A stretch of DNA of 64,000 bases from an uncultured Gammaproteobacteria bacterium (GCA_964539545.1 CAZIJG010000004.1:8054-72053), one strand, 5' to 3'. Counted from the stretch's first letter, positions 1 through 11,286 are shown. Program-made: numbers and translations. The notes: generated from the letters alone by a model not told the origin.

Positions 1-677
1 CCCAGATGTTGTCTCGAATGGTTATTCGTTTTTGTGAGAGGAAAGGTTGGTCTGTAGAAATTATTGAAAATACTCCTGGACAAGAAGCTGGTATTAAGCG
101 CATGGTGTTAAAGATTGATGGCCATTGGGCTTATGGTTATTTAAGAAGTGAAAATGGCGTACATAGGTTGGTTAGAATCTCTCCGTTTGATGCAGAAGCC
201 ATGCGTCATACTTCGTTTGCTAAAATAGAGGTTATCCCAGAGTTACCGGAAGAAACTGAGATTGAGCTGAAAGACGAAGATTTACGTGTTGATGTCTATC
301 GATCTTCTGGTCCTGGTGGTCAGAGTGTGAATACTACCGACTCGGCAGTTAGAATTGTTCATATCCCAACTAAAATATCAGTAGCTTCTCAAACAGAACG
401 TTCTCAGCATCAGAATAGAGAAATTGCCATGAAGTTACTTAAATCCAAGTTATTCCAGCTAGAGGAGGAGAAAAAACAAGCGGAAGAAGCAAAATTAAAA
501 GGGAAAGTTCAGAAAGCAGAGTGGGGCAAGCAGATTCGATCCTATGTTCTACAGCCATATAGAATGGTAAAAGATCATCGTACGGGATATAGCACTGATC
601 AAGTGAATGACATTTTAGACGGTGGTTTAGAAGTTTTTATTGAAAGTTATTTAAAATGGAGTAGAGAGAAAAAGTAA
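1..677 (+). CDS. prfB: peptide chain release factor 2, C-terminal part (5' end outside window)
   Basis: Frame open to window edge; RF2 SPF tripeptide (RISPFDA) and GGQ motif (SSGPGGQSVN). Confidence 0.9.
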   Translation, partial: QMLSRMVIRFCERKGWSVEIIENTPGQEAGIKRMVLKIDGHWAYGYLRSENGVHRLVRISPFDAEAMRHTSFAKIEVIPELPEETEIELKDEDLRVDVYRSSGPGGQSVNTTDSAVRIVHIPTKISVASQTERSQHQNREIAMKLLKSKLFQLEEEKKQAEEAKLKGKVQKAEWGKQIRSYVLQPYRMVKDHRTGYSTDQVNDILDGGLEVFIESYLKWSREKK

Positions 678-716
678 TTTAGAAAAATTTAATATACTAT
701 AGTTTAAAATAGCGGC

Positions 717-2036
717 ATGAAGAGCCGCTATTTAGTTTTAATTTTTGGATTAGTTTTTTTAAGGATATTGTTGTTTCCAATTGCGAATTCGGATTATCAG
801 TTGGTTTTAGGTCAACATCAGTTTAAGGCAATAATCTGTGAAGAGCCCAAGCGTTCATTCCATAAGCAAGAACTAATTTTATGTTCTAGTTTAGTCAGCT
901 CCAGGATTCTAGTTCAGACTGAGACCTTTCCACGCTATGGGCTTTATCAAAAATTAGAATTGAGCTGTAATTTGCAAGAGCCAGAAAACTTTTCTGATTT
1001 TGATTATAAAAATTATTTAGCTAAACAGGGAATTCATTTGTTGTGTTTTTATCCGAGGGTTCTTAGTATTCAGGATTCTGGAATTAATGATGCAAAGTAT
1101 TTAAGTTGGAAAATAAAAGAAAATATTGCCCGGAGAATAGATAGACATTTGTTAGAACCGGGGGCCGGTTTAGCTAAGGCTATGTTGTTGGGTTATCGTA
1201 GCGAAATAGCTGAAGAACTGGAAAGGGGGATGATTAAGGCTGGTTTAGCACATATTTTAGCTATTTCTGGATTACATATTTCTATATTTATTGGCTTATT
1301 ATTGTGGTTATTCAAGAAGCTTAGATTTAAATGGTTAATTATATCTGTTATTTTATTGTTTTACTTGTTTATTTTAGGATTTCCTATTTCAGCAATTCGG
1401 GCTGTAATTATGTCGTTGTTACTGTTTACTGGTCGGAGTTGGGCTAGTTTGAGGGTGAGATTTTTATTAGCGTTGGCGATAACGCTATTAATATATCCTA
1501 GGGCATTTCAGGAAGTAGGTTTTCAAATGTCTTTTTTGGCTGTGGCTGGTTTAATTTGGATATATCCTTTATTGGACAATTGGTCTTATAGGGTATTCGG
1601 TTATTGGTCATTGAGATTACGAATGTCAAAAATGGTTCCTTTTGACTTTTCCTTAGAACAACACAAGAGTTTTAAGTTTATTATTCAGGGTTGTTTAGCA
1701 TCGTTATCTGTGAATATAGTTTTGTGGCCGCTATTGTCATATTATTTTTCTGGTTATAATATTTTGTCTGTTGTTATTAACGTTTTAGCTTTGCCAGTTT
1801 TGCCGCTATTACTTAGCGGATTGTATATGAGTGTAATAGTGCCAGTGATTTTTTATGCTTGTTATTGGCCATTACAATATTTTCAATTATTAAGTCAGAT
1901 ATATGTTGGATATTTTGAATTCATGATTAGTAGGGAATTATTGCTAGTATATTATTTTGTTCTCCTATTTTTCGTGGTTAGGGTAACAAAAAACAGGTCT
2001 GTTAAACCTGGTTTTTGTAGAAAAATACTAGATTAA
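717..2036 (+). CDS. comEC: ComEC/Rec2-family DNA internalisation membrane protein (competence domain only)
   Basis: 439 aa polytopic membrane protein with ComEC signature GLAHILAISGLHISIF. Confidence 0.75.
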   Translation: MKSRYLVLIFGLVFLRILLFPIANSDYQLVLGQHQFKAIICEEPKRSFHKQELILCSSLVSSRILVQTETFPRYGLYQKLELSCNLQEPENFSDFDYKNYLAKQGIHLLCFYPRVLSIQDSGINDAKYLSWKIKENIARRIDRHLLEPGAGLAKAMLLGYRSEIAEELERGMIKAGLAHILAISGLHISIFIGLLLWLFKKLRFKWLIISVILLFYLFILGFPISAIRAVIMSLLLFTGRSWASLRVRFLLALAITLLIYPRAFQEVGFQMSFLAVAGLIWIYPLLDNWSYRVFGYWSLRLRMSKMVPFDFSLEQHKSFKFIIQGCLASLSVNIVLWPLLSYYFSGYNILSVVINVLALPVLPLLLSGLYMSVIVPVIFYACYWPLQYFQLLSQIYVGYFEFMISRELLLVYYFVLLFFVVRVTKNRSVKPGFCRKILD

Positions 2037-2212
2037 TTTTTTTCTTTCTTTGCTAGAGTTCTTAAACAAGAGGTACAAATCTTAAGTTTTTGATTTCCCA
2101 CCTTCTTAGACTGCAAGTTAATATGTTGACGTTTCAGGGTCTTAACTTTAGAGTGAGAGCGCTTTGCGCCTTTAGTAGAACCTCTTCCGCATAGATCACA
2201 TTTTCGAGCCAT
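2033..2212 (-). CDS. rpmB: 50S ribosomal protein L28
   Basis: 59-codon ORF below ORF-track cutoff, hand-translated MARKCDLCGRGSTKGAKRSHSKVKTLKRQHINLQSKK...; L28-like N-terminus; converges on comEC and overlaps its stop by 4 nt. Confidence 0.8.
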   Translation of the reverse strand: MARKCDLCGRGSTKGAKRSHSKVKTLKRQHINLQSKKVGNQKLKICTSCLRTLAKKEKN

Positions 2213-2299
2213 ATCTTTTCATTTTTATTTCTAAATTTAGATAAAACAATCCTAACACGCTTTGCGTGCAAAAGCAAGTTGTGTTAGAGTGAGGATATT

Positions 2300-2938
2300 A
2301 TGATACAACTTTTTCAAATAATTGTTTTAATATTTTCGGCCGTTATTCATGAATATATGCATGGTTGGATGGCTGATAGATTGGGCGATGATACTGCCAA
2401 GAGAGCAGGGAGACTAACTTTAAATCCTTTGGTTCATCTTGATATGTTTGGCTCAATTATCTTACCTTTGCTATTAATTTTCTCTGGAGTAGGTGTTATT
2501 TTTGGCTGGGCTAAACCGGTGCCATATAATCCTAATAATCTTCGAGATTCTAAATGGGGGTCTGCAAAGGTAGCGGCCGCTGGTCCATTGGGTAACCTAA
2601 TTATTGCTGTGTTTTTTGGTATATTCCTGAGAGTTGTTCCTCTGGGTAACCCTATGTTGATAGGATTGATAGCAATTATTATATTTATCAATTTAATTCT
2701 GATGATATTTAATTTAGTACCGATTCCTCCTTTAGATGGTTCTAAAATATTGATGGCCTTCTTGCCATTTTCTTGGCAATTAAAATTTATGCGCTGGGAA
2801 AAGTATGGAATGATCTTAGTATTGTTGTTTCTTTTTGTAGCTATAGATCTTATTTTACCGATCACTTTATTCCTAATGAAGATAATTGTTGGTAGTCAGG
2901 CTTTCATGACTATTAGCTTAATGTTCGGTTTTGGCTAA
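2300..2938 (+). CDS. site-2 protease family (peptidase M50) membrane metalloprotease
   Basis: HExxH (HEYMHGW) plus NLVPIPPLDGSK motif, multiple TM segments. Confidence 0.8.
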   Translation: MIQLFQIIVLIFSAVIHEYMHGWMADRLGDDTAKRAGRLTLNPLVHLDMFGSIILPLLLIFSGVGVIFGWAKPVPYNPNNLRDSKWGSAKVAAAGPLGNLIIAVFFGIFLRVVPLGNPMLIGLIAIIIFINLILMIFNLVPIPPLDGSKILMAFLPFSWQLKFMRWEKYGMILVLLFLFVAIDLILPITLFLMKIIVGSQAFMTISLMFGFG

Positions 2939-3104
2939 AATTAGAAGTGAATAATGATTTCATGTTTGATTTTTCCAACTAGGCTCCTGGTGTTTATTCT
3001 GTTCAAGTAAATGGAAAAATCACTAGAATAATTAAGCAATAACCAGTTTTGTATTCAATATTTTATAAAGCATCTTTTTTTACAAAATGCTTTTTTTTCT
3101 GCTC

Positions 3105-3133
3105 TTGACTTATTTTTTATCTTTTGTTAAATT
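3105..3133 (+). promoter_or_regulatory. candidate sigma70 promoter of str operon
   Basis: TTGACT (3105-3110), 17 nt spacer, TAAATT (3128-3133), ~75 nt upstream of rpsL. Confidence 0.4.
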
Positions 3134-3207
3134 AGATGCATAAGAATTTGTCCCGTAATACGGGATTATTTTTATCCTATAAAAATTAAATTTATAAATA
3201 ATTTATT

Positions 3208-3627
3208 ATGCCTACTATTAACCAATTAGTCAGAAACGGTAGAAAGACAGCTGTTAAAAGACAGAAGACTTTGGCTCTGCATACTAATGTAGATAGTTTG
3301 CATCGTCGAAAAAATGTTACTAAAGGTGGGGCTCCTTTTAAGCAAGGAGTTTGTTTAAAGGTAACCACAATGACTCCTAAGAAACCTAACTCAGCTTTAA
3401 GAAAGATTGCTAGAGTTAGATTGTCCAACGGTATGGAAGTTACTGCTTATATTCCTGGTATGGGACATAATTTACAAGAACATTCCGTGGTATTAGTCAA
3501 AGGTGGACGTACTAAGGATTTGGCTGGTGTGCGTTATAAAGTAGTTAGGGGCGTTTACGATGCTCAAGGTGTAGAAGGCCGTAAACAAAGCCGCAGTAGC
3601 TATGGTACTAAGAAAAATCAAGCTTAA
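3208..3627 (+). CDS. rpsL: 30S ribosomal protein S12
   Basis: MPTINQL..., [16 protein letters not shown] motif; first gene of str operon. Confidence 0.97.
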   Translation: MPTINQLVRNGRKTAVKRQKTLALHTNVDSLHRRKNVTKGGAPFKQGVCLKVTTMTPKKPNSALRKIARVRLSNGMEVTAYIPGMGHNLQEHSVVLVKGGRTKDLAGVRYKVVRGVYDAQGVEGRKQSRSSYGTKKNQA

Positions 3628-3632
3628 AATTT

Positions 3633-4100
3633 ATGAGAGGAAAACAAGCTCCAAAAAGAGATATAGGTGGCGATTCAAAGTATAATGATCAAAGTATCGC
3701 CAAATTCATTAACTACGTTATGCAAGACGGTAAAAAAACTACTGCTGAAAGCGTGGTTTATGGCGCTTTTGAGGTTATTAAAGACGAAACCAAGCAAGAT
3801 CCCAGACATATTTTTAATAAAGCCATAAAAAAGGTTTCTCCTTTAGTTGAGGTTAGAGGTCGTAGAGTTGGTGGCGCAAATTATCAAGTGCCGTTTCAGG
3901 CCAGAGGTGAACGTCGTTTTTATTTAGGTTGCAAATGGATTATTGATGCTGCTAAGGAGAAAAAAGGTAAACCAATGTTTGAAAGATTGGCTCGTGAGAT
4001 TTTAGATGCTTCTAATGGTGAAGGAGCAGCTGTAAAGAAAAGAGAAAATGTGCATAAGATGGCCGAAGCTAATAAGGCTTTTGCTCACTTTGCTCGTTAA
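3633..4100 (+). CDS. rpsG: 30S ribosomal protein S7
   Basis: S7-like translation (VEVRGRRVGGANYQVP), position after rpsL. Confidence 0.95.
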   Translation: MRGKQAPKRDIGGDSKYNDQSIAKFINYVMQDGKKTTAESVVYGAFEVIKDETKQDPRHIFNKAIKKVSPLVEVRGRRVGGANYQVPFQARGERRFYLGCKWIIDAAKEKKGKPMFERLAREILDASNGEGAAVKKRENVHKMAEANKAFAHFAR

Positions 4101-4115
4101 TTATTTTAAAATTCT

Positions 4116-6191
4116 ATGGCTAGAGATTACTCTTTGGATAAAATCAGAAATATCGGCATCATGGCCCACATTGACGCTGGTAAGACTACCTTTACAGAAA
4201 GGGTACTTTTTTATACTGGAAAGAAGCATAAAATAGGTGAAACTCATGATGGTGCAGCAGATATGGATTGGATGGAACAGGAAAAAGAAAGAGGTATTAC
4301 TATTACTTCTGCAGCCACTACTTGTTTTTGGAAAAACAATAAAGTTAATATTATCGATACTCCTGGTCACGTAGACTTTACGGTTGAAGTAGAGAGATCT
4401 CTAAGAGTATTAGACGGTGCAATTGCTGTATTTGATGGTGCCGCTGGCGTAGAGCCTCAGTCTGAGACTGTATGGCGTCAAGCTGATAAATATAATGTAC
4501 CAAGACTTTGTTTCATAAATAAAATGGATAAATTAGGCGCTGATTTTAAGATGAGTATGGACTCTATTAAAGAACGTCTAAATCCTAAAGCCGTAGCTTT
4601 TCAATTACCAATTGGCGCTGAAAATGATTTAATTGGTGTAATTGATTTATTAGAAAGAAAAGCTTTAAAATTTAGTGGTAATTTAGGTGAAAATATTGAA
4701 GGAATTGATATCCCAGATGACTTAAAAGATGAGGTAGAAGCGTTGAGATCAGAAATGATCGAGAAAATTGTAGAATGTGATGAAGACATCATGGAAAAAT
4801 ATTTAAATGGTGAAGAGCCTAGTATTGTAGAATTAAAGAAGGCTACTCGAAAAGGAGTTATTGCTAATTTAATTTATCCAGTATTTGCTGGAACTGCTTT
4901 GCAAAATATTGGAGTACAGCCAGCTTTAGATGCAATTGTAGATTATTTACCTTCTCCTTTAGATGTAGATGACATTGTTGGACATAATCCTAAAAATGAT
5001 GAAGAAGAGATAATAGTGACAGCGAAAGACGATGCTGCTTTTTCTGCTCTAGCCTTTAAAGTTGCTACTGATCCTTTTGTAGGTAAGCTATGTTTCGTTA
5101 GGGTGTATAGTGGAGTTCTAGAAGCTGGTAGTTATATTATGAACTCGTCTACCGGAAAAAAAGAAAGAATCGGAAGATTGGTTAGAATGCACGCTAATAA
5201 CCGTGAAGAAATTAAGGAATTATATGCCGGTGATATTGCTGCAGTAGTTGGTTTAAAAGATACTACTACTGGTAATACTCTATGTTCTGAAGATAAGCCA
5301 GTATTATTAGAGTCAATTACTTTTCCAGAACCAGTTATTAAAATTGCTGTAGAACCTAAGACTAAAGCGGATCAAGAAAAGATGGGCGTTGCTTTGCAAA
5401 AATTAGCAGAGGAAGATCCAACTTTCAGAGTAGAAACCGATGAAGAAACTAATCAGACTTTAATTTCAGGTATGGGAGAACTTCATTTAGATGTGATTAT
5501 CGATCGTATGAAAAGAGAGTTTAAAGTAGAGGCTAATATCGGACAACCTCAAGTGTCATATCGTGAAACTATTCGTCAAACTGCTGAAGCTCAACATAAG
5601 TATGCTAAGCAATCTGGTGGTCGTGGTCAGTATGGCCATTGCTATTTGAGAGTTGAGCCAAAAGAAGAAGGTGGTGATTTCGAATTTGTTGATGAGATTA
5701 AAGGTGGTTCAATCCCTAGAGAATTTATTCCAGCCATTGAGAAGGGTGTTAAAGAAGCTATGAATAACGGTATTATTGCTAACTATCCAATGGTAGACTT
5801 AAAAGTAGCAGTTTATGATGGTTCTTATCATGAAGTAGACTCTTCTGAACTAGCTTTCAAAATGGCAGCTATCTTTGCTTTCAAAGAAGCTTGTCAAAAA
5901 GCTAAGCCAGTATTATTAGAACCGGTTATGAGCGTAGAAGTAGTAACACCAGAAGATTATATGGGTAATATTATTGGAGATTTGAATGCTAAGAGAGGCC
6001 AGATTGGAGAAATGACTGACAGAGCAAACGTTAAGGTGGTTTCAGCCAAAGTGCCTCTAGCAGAAATGTTTGGTTACGCTACTGATTTAAGATCTATGAG
6101 TCAGGGAAGAGCTAACTACACTATGGAGTTTTTACATTATGCTGAAGTACCTAGAAATATTTTAGAAAAAATTCAAGAAAAAAATAGTTAA
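4116..6191 (+). CDS. fusA: elongation factor G
   Basis: G motifs [21 protein letters not shown]; 691 aa; str operon position. Confidence 0.97.
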   Translation: MARDYSLDKIRNIGIMAHIDAGKTTFTERVLFYTGKKHKIGETHDGAADMDWMEQEKERGITITSAATTCFWKNNKVNIIDTPGHVDFTVEVERSLRVLDGAIAVFDGAAGVEPQSETVWRQADKYNVPRLCFINKMDKLGADFKMSMDSIKERLNPKAVAFQLPIGAENDLIGVIDLLERKALKFSGNLGENIEGIDIPDDLKDEVEALRSEMIEKIVECDEDIMEKYLNGEEPSIVELKKATRKGVIANLIYPVFAGTALQNIGVQPALDAIVDYLPSPLDVDDIVGHNPKNDEEEIIVTAKDDAAFSALAFKVATDPFVGKLCFVRVYSGVLEAGSYIMNSSTGKKERIGRLVRMHANNREEIKELYAGDIAAVVGLKDTTTGNTLCSEDKPVLLESITFPEPVIKIAVEPKTKADQEKMGVALQKLAEEDPTFRVETDEETNQTLISGMGELHLDVIIDRMKREFKVEANIGQPQVSYRETIRQTAEAQHKYAKQSGGRGQYGHCYLRVEPKEEGGDFEFVDEIKGGSIPREFIPAIEKGVKEAMNNGIIANYPMVDLKVAVYDGSYHEVDSSELAFKMAAIFAFKEACQKAKPVLLEPVMSVEVVTPEDYMGNIIGDLNAKRGQIGEMTDRANVKVVSAKVPLAEMFGYATDLRSMSQGRANYTMEFLHYAEVPRNILEKIQEKNS

Positions 6192-6195
6192 ATTT

Positions 6196-6555
6196 ATGGA
6201 TAATAATTTATTCAAATTGTTAAAATCAGTTAATAAATCGGGAGATCGGTTAGTAATTTATAATCCAGAAAATCCTAATAATTCTTGGGTGGCTATTTCT
6301 CTAGAAGAATATGAAAAGTTGACCAAAGGGCCAGCTTTTACAGAAAAATTAGAAGTAGCAGAGCAGTTGACAGAAGTAAATTTAGCTGATAAAATAAATC
6401 ACGAAAACTCCTTAGAAGAGGAGTCTTCTAAGAACTCTGAAAATGTCTATTCTGACCCTGATATTCCAACCTCTGTACATGAGGTTTTAAGGAATAATCA
6501 TGGTTGGCAAATTCCTAAAGACGTAAAGAGTTCAGCTAGTGAAATCATTGAGTAA
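6196..6555 (+). CDS. hypothetical acidic protein inserted between fusA and tuf
   Basis: 119 aa ORF starting 5 nt after fusA stop; no recognisable motif. Confidence 0.45.
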   Translation: MDNNLFKLLKSVNKSGDRLVIYNPENPNNSWVAISLEEYEKLTKGPAFTEKLEVAEQLTEVNLADKINHENSLEEESSKNSENVYSDPDIPTSVHEVLRNNHGWQIPKDVKSSASEIIE

Positions 6556-6654
6556 TTTAAATAATAAATATAATAAGTCGCGACTGGGTGTCTCTTAAGA
6601 CAGATAACCTTAAAAAGTTTCAATGAGTTTTTGAGGGTCGTGAATATAATTAAC

Positions 6655-7842
6655 ATGGCAGAAAAATTCGAACGTAACAAGCCGCATGTTAATGTAGGTA
6701 CTATTGGTCACGTTGATCATGGTAAAACTACTTTGACTGCAGCCCTACTGAAGACTTTGGCCTCTAAAGGCCTAAGCGCTTCAAGTAAAGACGTAGATCA
6801 AATTGATGCCGCTCCAGAGGAAAAAGCTCGTGGTATTACCATAGCTACTGCTCACGTTGAGTATGAATCTGAAGCTCGTCATTATGCTCACGTAGATTGT
6901 CCTGGTCACGCAGATTATGTTAAAAACATGATCACAGGTGCTGCTCAGATGGATGGTGCTATTTTAGTAGTATCAGCTACTGATGGTCCTATGCCCCAGA
7001 CTCGTGAACACATTTTATTAGCTCGTCAGGTTGGTGTACCTAAGATCGTTGTTTTCTTAAACAAATGCGACATGGTAGAAGACCAAGAACTTATTGACTT
7101 AGTAGAAGAAGAAGTTCGTGATTTATTAAAGAAATATGAATTTCCTGGAGATGAAACTCCAATTATTCGTGGTAGTGCTTTGAAAGCTCTAGAAGCTCCA
7201 GATAGTGATGCCGGTCAATCAATCATGGATTTAGTAAAAGCTTTAGATGACTATATTCCTACACCTGAAAGAGCTGTCAATTTAGATTTTTTAATGCCAA
7301 TTGAAGATATTTTTTCAATTGAAGGCCGTGGTACTGTAGTAACTGGTCGTATTGAAAGAGGTACTATTAAGATTGGTGAGGAAATTGAATTAGTCGGTTT
7401 AATGGAAACTAAAAAAACTACGGTTATTGGTATAGAGATGTTTAATAAACAGTTAGACGAAGGTTTAGCCGGTGATAATGCTGGTGTCCTTTTAAGAGGT
7501 ACCAAGAAAGATGAAGTAGAGAGAGGCCAAGTTCTAGCTAAACCAGGAACTGTTACTCCACATACTGAATTTGAAACTGAAGTATATGTTCTAAGCAAAG
7601 AAGAAGGTGGTCGTCATAAACCATTCTTCAAAGGTTATAAACCACAGTTCTATATCCGTACTACGGATGTAACTGGTGAAGTTATTTTACCAGAAGGTAC
7701 TGAAATGGTTATGCCTGGAGATACAGTTAACTTAGGTGTTAAGTTGATTTCTCCTATTGCTTTAGAAGAAAAACAGAGATTTGCGATTAGAGAAGGTGGA
7801 CGTACTGTAGGTGCTGGTGTAGTTACAAAAATTACCAAATAG
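6655..7842 (+). CDS. tuf: elongation factor Tu
   Basis: [21 protein letters not shown]; canonical [11 protein letters not shown] start is the ATG at 6655 (ORF-track start 6631 is an upstream in-frame extension). Confidence 0.97.
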   Translation: MAEKFERNKPHVNVGTIGHVDHGKTTLTAALLKTLASKGLSASSKDVDQIDAAPEEKARGITIATAHVEYESEARHYAHVDCPGHADYVKNMITGAAQMDGAILVVSATDGPMPQTREHILLARQVGVPKIVVFLNKCDMVEDQELIDLVEEEVRDLLKKYEFPGDETPIIRGSALKALEAPDSDAGQSIMDLVKALDDYIPTPERAVNLDFLMPIEDIFSIEGRGTVVTGRIERGTIKIGEEIELVGLMETKKTTVIGIEMFNKQLDEGLAGDNAGVLLRGTKKDEVERGQVLAKPGTVTPHTEFETEVYVLSKEEGGRHKPFFKGYKPQFYIRTTDVTGEVILPEGTEMVMPGDTVNLGVKLISPIALEEKQRFAIREGGRTVGAGVVTKITK

Positions 7843-7850
7843 ATACTTTA

Positions 7851-7874
7851 AGCCCTGATTATTAAATCAGGGCT
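7851..7874 (+). terminator. hairpin after tuf
   Basis: AGCCCTGATT/AATCAGGGCT 10-bp stem; weak T tract. Confidence 0.5.
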
Positions 7875-7910
7875 TGTTAGTGCCTATTTAATAAATTAAA
7901 GATTATTCAC

Positions 7911-8285
7911 ATGGCAGAGAAAAAGGTAAAAGCTGAGAAAGCAACTGACAATCCAAGTAAGGCGAGTAGTAAGGATTTCAAACAAAGAATCCGTATTAAA
8001 ATAAAGGCCTTTGATCATAAGATTATTGACCAATCTACACGCACCATCATGGAGGCTGTTCAAAGAAATGATGAGCAGATTTTTGGTCCTATCCCACTTC
8101 CAGTTGAGAAGAAAAGATATACCGTAAATCGTTCTACTTTTGTGCATAAAGATGCTCGTGATCAGTACGAAATGAGGATTCATAAACGCTTGATTGACAT
8201 CGTTGAACCAACTCAGAAAACCATTGAAGACCTAAGTAATCTAAATTTGCCAGCAGGGGTTGACGTCGAGATAAAGATGCAGTAA
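7911..8285 (+). CDS. rpsJ: 30S ribosomal protein S10 with ~20 aa N-terminal Lys-rich extension
   Basis: [17 protein letters not shown] core; first gene of S10 operon. Confidence 0.95.
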   Translation: MAEKKVKAEKATDNPSKASSKDFKQRIRIKIKAFDHKIIDQSTRTIMEAVQRNDEQIFGPIPLPVEKKRYTVNRSTFVHKDARDQYEMRIHKRLIDIVEPTQKTIEDLSNLNLPAGVDVEIKMQ

Positions 8286-8464
8286 AATAGGTTTATTACA
8301 ATTAAATGTATTAATGACTATCTAGATAACTCTTAAGGAGAAAGTGTCTAAATAGAATTTGATTACATTGGAGGCAATTTTCAATAACAATCCGAACTAA
8401 TATATAAACCCTGATAACAGGGAATTGTTCGCTGGTTCATTGAAAGCCAGTTTTTTATTTTTAT

Positions 8465-9271
8465 ATGAAGTTTATATTAGGAACCAAACAAAAAATGACA
8501 CAAATTTGGCAGGGTGATAAGGTAATAGCCGTGACTCAGGTTAAGGCTGGTCCTTGCTCAGTTAGTGCTATAAAAACTAATGAAAGAGATGGTTATACTG
8601 CTGTGCAATTAGCTTTTGCTGATCGCAAGGAAAAGAATATTAAAAAACCACAATTAGTGCAATTTAAAAAATTAGGTATTAGACCTAGATATGTTAAAGA
8701 ATTCAGAGTAGAGGTGCTACCAGAAAATTTGAAGCTAGGTGATAAAATTAATGTGAATACTTTTGCAGCGGGAGATCCTGTTCAAGCGACCGGGACTTCT
8801 AAAGGTAAAGGTTTTCAAGGTGTAGTAAAGAGACATGGTTTTGCTGGTGCTCCAGCTAGTCATGGTACAAAAGATCAATTACGTATGCCTGGATCAATTG
8901 GTGCTACTGGACCAGCTCACGTATTTAAAGGAATGCGTATGCCCGGTAGAATGGGTAACGACAGAGTTACTACTATTGGTTTAGAGATCATTGAAGTAGA
9001 TGAAGTTAATAATATTTTATTTGTTAAAGGCTCTGTTCCTGGAGCAACTAACGGTTTAGTTATGATTCAAGGTGAAGGTGAATTAAAGATTACTGAAGAA
9101 AAACTAAAAGCTGAAGAAAAAACTGTAGAGGTTAAAACAGAAGAAAAACCTGAAGAAAAACCAGCAAAAGAAGCAAAAGAAGCAAAAGAAGGAGTTAAAG
9201 AAACAAAAGTTAAAGAAACAAAAGTAGAAGAACCAAAAAAAGAAGAAAATAAAGAAGCAGATAAGAAATAA
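8465..9271 (+). CDS. rplC: 50S ribosomal protein L3 with ~60 aa Lys/Glu-rich C-terminal tail
   Basis: GKGFQGVVKRHGF motif; operon order. Confidence 0.95.
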   Translation: MKFILGTKQKMTQIWQGDKVIAVTQVKAGPCSVSAIKTNERDGYTAVQLAFADRKEKNIKKPQLVQFKKLGIRPRYVKEFRVEVLPENLKLGDKINVNTFAAGDPVQATGTSKGKGFQGVVKRHGFAGAPASHGTKDQLRMPGSIGATGPAHVFKGMRMPGRMGNDRVTTIGLEIIEVDEVNNILFVKGSVPGATNGLVMIQGEGELKITEEKLKAEEKTVEVKTEEKPEEKPAKEAKEAKEGVKETKVKETKVEEPKKEENKEADKK

Positions 9272-9276
9272 TACAT

Positions 9277-9930
9277 ATGTCTATTAAAGTTAATCTATAC
9301 AATCAGAACGCTGAATCAATTGGAGAGTTGTCTTTGAAAGATAAGGTTTTTAAAGTAGAAGCTAATAATGATTTATTACATCAGGCTGTGGTGGCTCAAC
9401 AAGCTAACCAGAGACAAGTTTTAGCTCATACTAAAGATCGTAGTGAAGTAAGAGGTGGTGGTAAGAAACCTTGGAAACAAAAAGGTACTGGTCGTGCTAG
9501 AGCGGGTTCATCACGTTCTCCTATTTGGATTGGTGGTGGTGTTACTTTCGGACCAACTAAGGATAGAAACTTTTCTCAAAAGATTAATTTAAAAATGAAA
9601 AGAAAAGCAATCCTAATGGCTTTATCAGATAAAGTTGAGAATAAGGCTATGGCAGTATTAGATAAGTTGGAAGTTAAAGAGTTTAAGACTAAAGATATTG
9701 ATAAAGCAGTGGCTAGTTTTGAAAAGAAAGTATTTAAAAATGAAACTAAACGTAGTGTATTAATAATTACTGATCAAAAAGATGAGAAATTAAAATACTC
9801 TACTAGAAATCTAGTTGGTGTAGAAATTCTTAATGTTAATAATATAAATATTGTAGATCTGTTGAAATATAAGTATTTATTGGTTGTTGAACCAGTAATC
9901 AAAGCTTTAGAAAAGAGATATAATAAATAA
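9277..9930 (+). CDS. rplD: 50S ribosomal protein L4
   Basis: KPWKQKGTGRARAGS motif; operon order. Confidence 0.95.
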   Translation: MSIKVNLYNQNAESIGELSLKDKVFKVEANNDLLHQAVVAQQANQRQVLAHTKDRSEVRGGGKKPWKQKGTGRARAGSSRSPIWIGGGVTFGPTKDRNFSQKINLKMKRKAILMALSDKVENKAMAVLDKLEVKEFKTKDIDKAVASFEKKVFKNETKRSVLIITDQKDEKLKYSTRNLVGVEILNVNNINIVDLLKYKYLLVVEPVIKALEKRYNK

Positions 9931-9931
9931 T

Positions 9932-10435
9932 ATGGCAATATTTTCCAAAAAAAAGAAAACCGATGAAAAGAAAGAAAAACAGCTAGAAGATAAGAAGGTA
10001 GTAGAAAAAAAGGTTATTGAAAAAAAAGTAGAAAAGAAAGCAGAGGAGAAAGTTGAAGAAAAAACTGAAAAAAGCATGAAAGATCTTTATGCTGAATCTG
10101 AAACTAAGGCTAAGAAAGTTACTGGAAAGAAAGCAGAAAGAATAATTACGGGTAATGCTTATAGAGTGTTAGTAAAACCTTTGGTAACTGAAAAAGCTGC
10201 TAATTTAGGAGCTCAGAACCAGTATGTGTTTGTAGTAGAAAAATCTGCCAATAAAGTAGAAATTGCTAAGGCTATATTTCAAGTTTATGGAGTTAAGCCA
10301 ATTAGTGTTAATGTTGTAAATAACCGTGGTAAAGTGGTTAGACGTGGTAGACAAACAGGTAGACGTAAAAATTGGAAGAAAGCAATTATTACTTTACCAA
10401 AAGATAAGAGTATTAATATTTATGAAGGTGTATAA
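9932..10435 (+). CDS. rplW: 50S ribosomal protein L23 with ~70 aa Lys/Glu-rich N-terminal extension
   Basis: C-terminal L23 core (LVTEKAANL...VFVVEKSANKVEIAKA); operon order. Confidence 0.9.
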   Translation: MAIFSKKKKTDEKKEKQLEDKKVVEKKVIEKKVEKKAEEKVEEKTEKSMKDLYAESETKAKKVTGKKAERIITGNAYRVLVKPLVTEKAANLGAQNQYVFVVEKSANKVEIAKAIFQVYGVKPISVNVVNNRGKVVRRGRQTGRRKNWKKAIITLPKDKSINIYEGV

Positions 10436-10443
10436 TTAAAGCT

Positions 10444-11286
10444 ATGGGAATAAAGAAAGTAAAACCAACAACCCCGGGGCGCAGAGGCGCGACTTTTGAT
10501 GATTTTTCTGATATCACTAAATTTAAACCAGAAAAAAGACTAGTGGTTATTAAGAAAAAACGTGGGGGTAGAAATAATACTGGAAAAATTACTATTCGTC
10601 ACAGAGGTGGCGGAGCGAAACGTTATGTTCGTATAGTTGATTATAAGAGAGATAAGTTTGATATTCCAGCCATAGTTAAGTCTATTGAATATGATCCAAA
10701 TCGTGGGGCTCGTATTGCTTTATTGTCTTATGCTGATGGTGCAAAAAGATATATTATTACTCCAGTAAAATTAGAAGTTGGAGACACTGTAATAAGTAGT
10801 AAGAGTAAAATTGAAATTAAAACTGGTAATGCTATGCCAGTAGAGTATATTCCAGCTGGTATTGCTATTTCTTGTGTTGAGCTAGAAGCCGGTAAAGGAG
10901 CTCAAATTGCTCGTGGTGCTGGTAACTTAGTAACTGTGATGGGTGTAGAAGGAAAGTTTGCTCAGTTAAAAATGCCTTCAGGTGAAATCAGATTAGTAAA
11001 GAAAGAATGTTTATGTACTGTTGGCCAATCTAGTAATCCAGATAAAAGACATATCAAATTAGGTTCAGCCGGTAGGAAAAGAAGATTAGGTATTAAGCCG
11101 ACTGTTAGAGGTAGCGCTATGAATCCGGTTGATCATCCCCATGGTGGTGGTGAAGGTAACCAATCTATTGGTATGAAACATCCTAAAACTAAATGGGGTA
11201 AACCAGCCTTAGGCGTAAAGACCAGAAAGAAGAATAAAGCTAGTAATAAACATATTATCCGTAGAAGGAAGAAAGGACGCCGTTAA
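10444..11286 (+). CDS. rplB: 50S ribosomal protein L2
   Basis: VDHPHGGGEG motif. Confidence 0.97.
   Translation: MGIKKVKPTTPGRRGATFDDFSDITKFKPEKRLVVIKKKRGGRNNTGKITIRHRGGGAKRYVRIVDYKRDKFDIPAIVKSIEYDPNRGARIALLSYADGAKRYIITPVKLEVGDTVISSKSKIEIKTGNAMPVEYIPAGIAISCVELEAGKGAQIARGAGNLVTVMGVEGKFAQLKMPSGEIRLVKKECLCTVGQSSNPDKRHIKLGSAGRKRRLGIKPTVRGSAMNPVDHPHGGGEGNQSIGMKHPKTKWGKPALGVKTRKKNKASNKHIIRRRKKGRR

Noticed and set aside
2434-2865. 143 aa minus-strand ORF inside the M50 protease gene, and similar antisense ORFs (3192-3428, 4101-4370, 7251-7598, 9067-9276, 14667-15092, 19128-19622, 20975-21544, 43300-43623, 55605-55895, 63247-63558)
   Set aside because: These are shadow ORFs fully overlapping well-supported genes on the opposite strand. 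They have low-complexity or hydrophobic translations and no start context.
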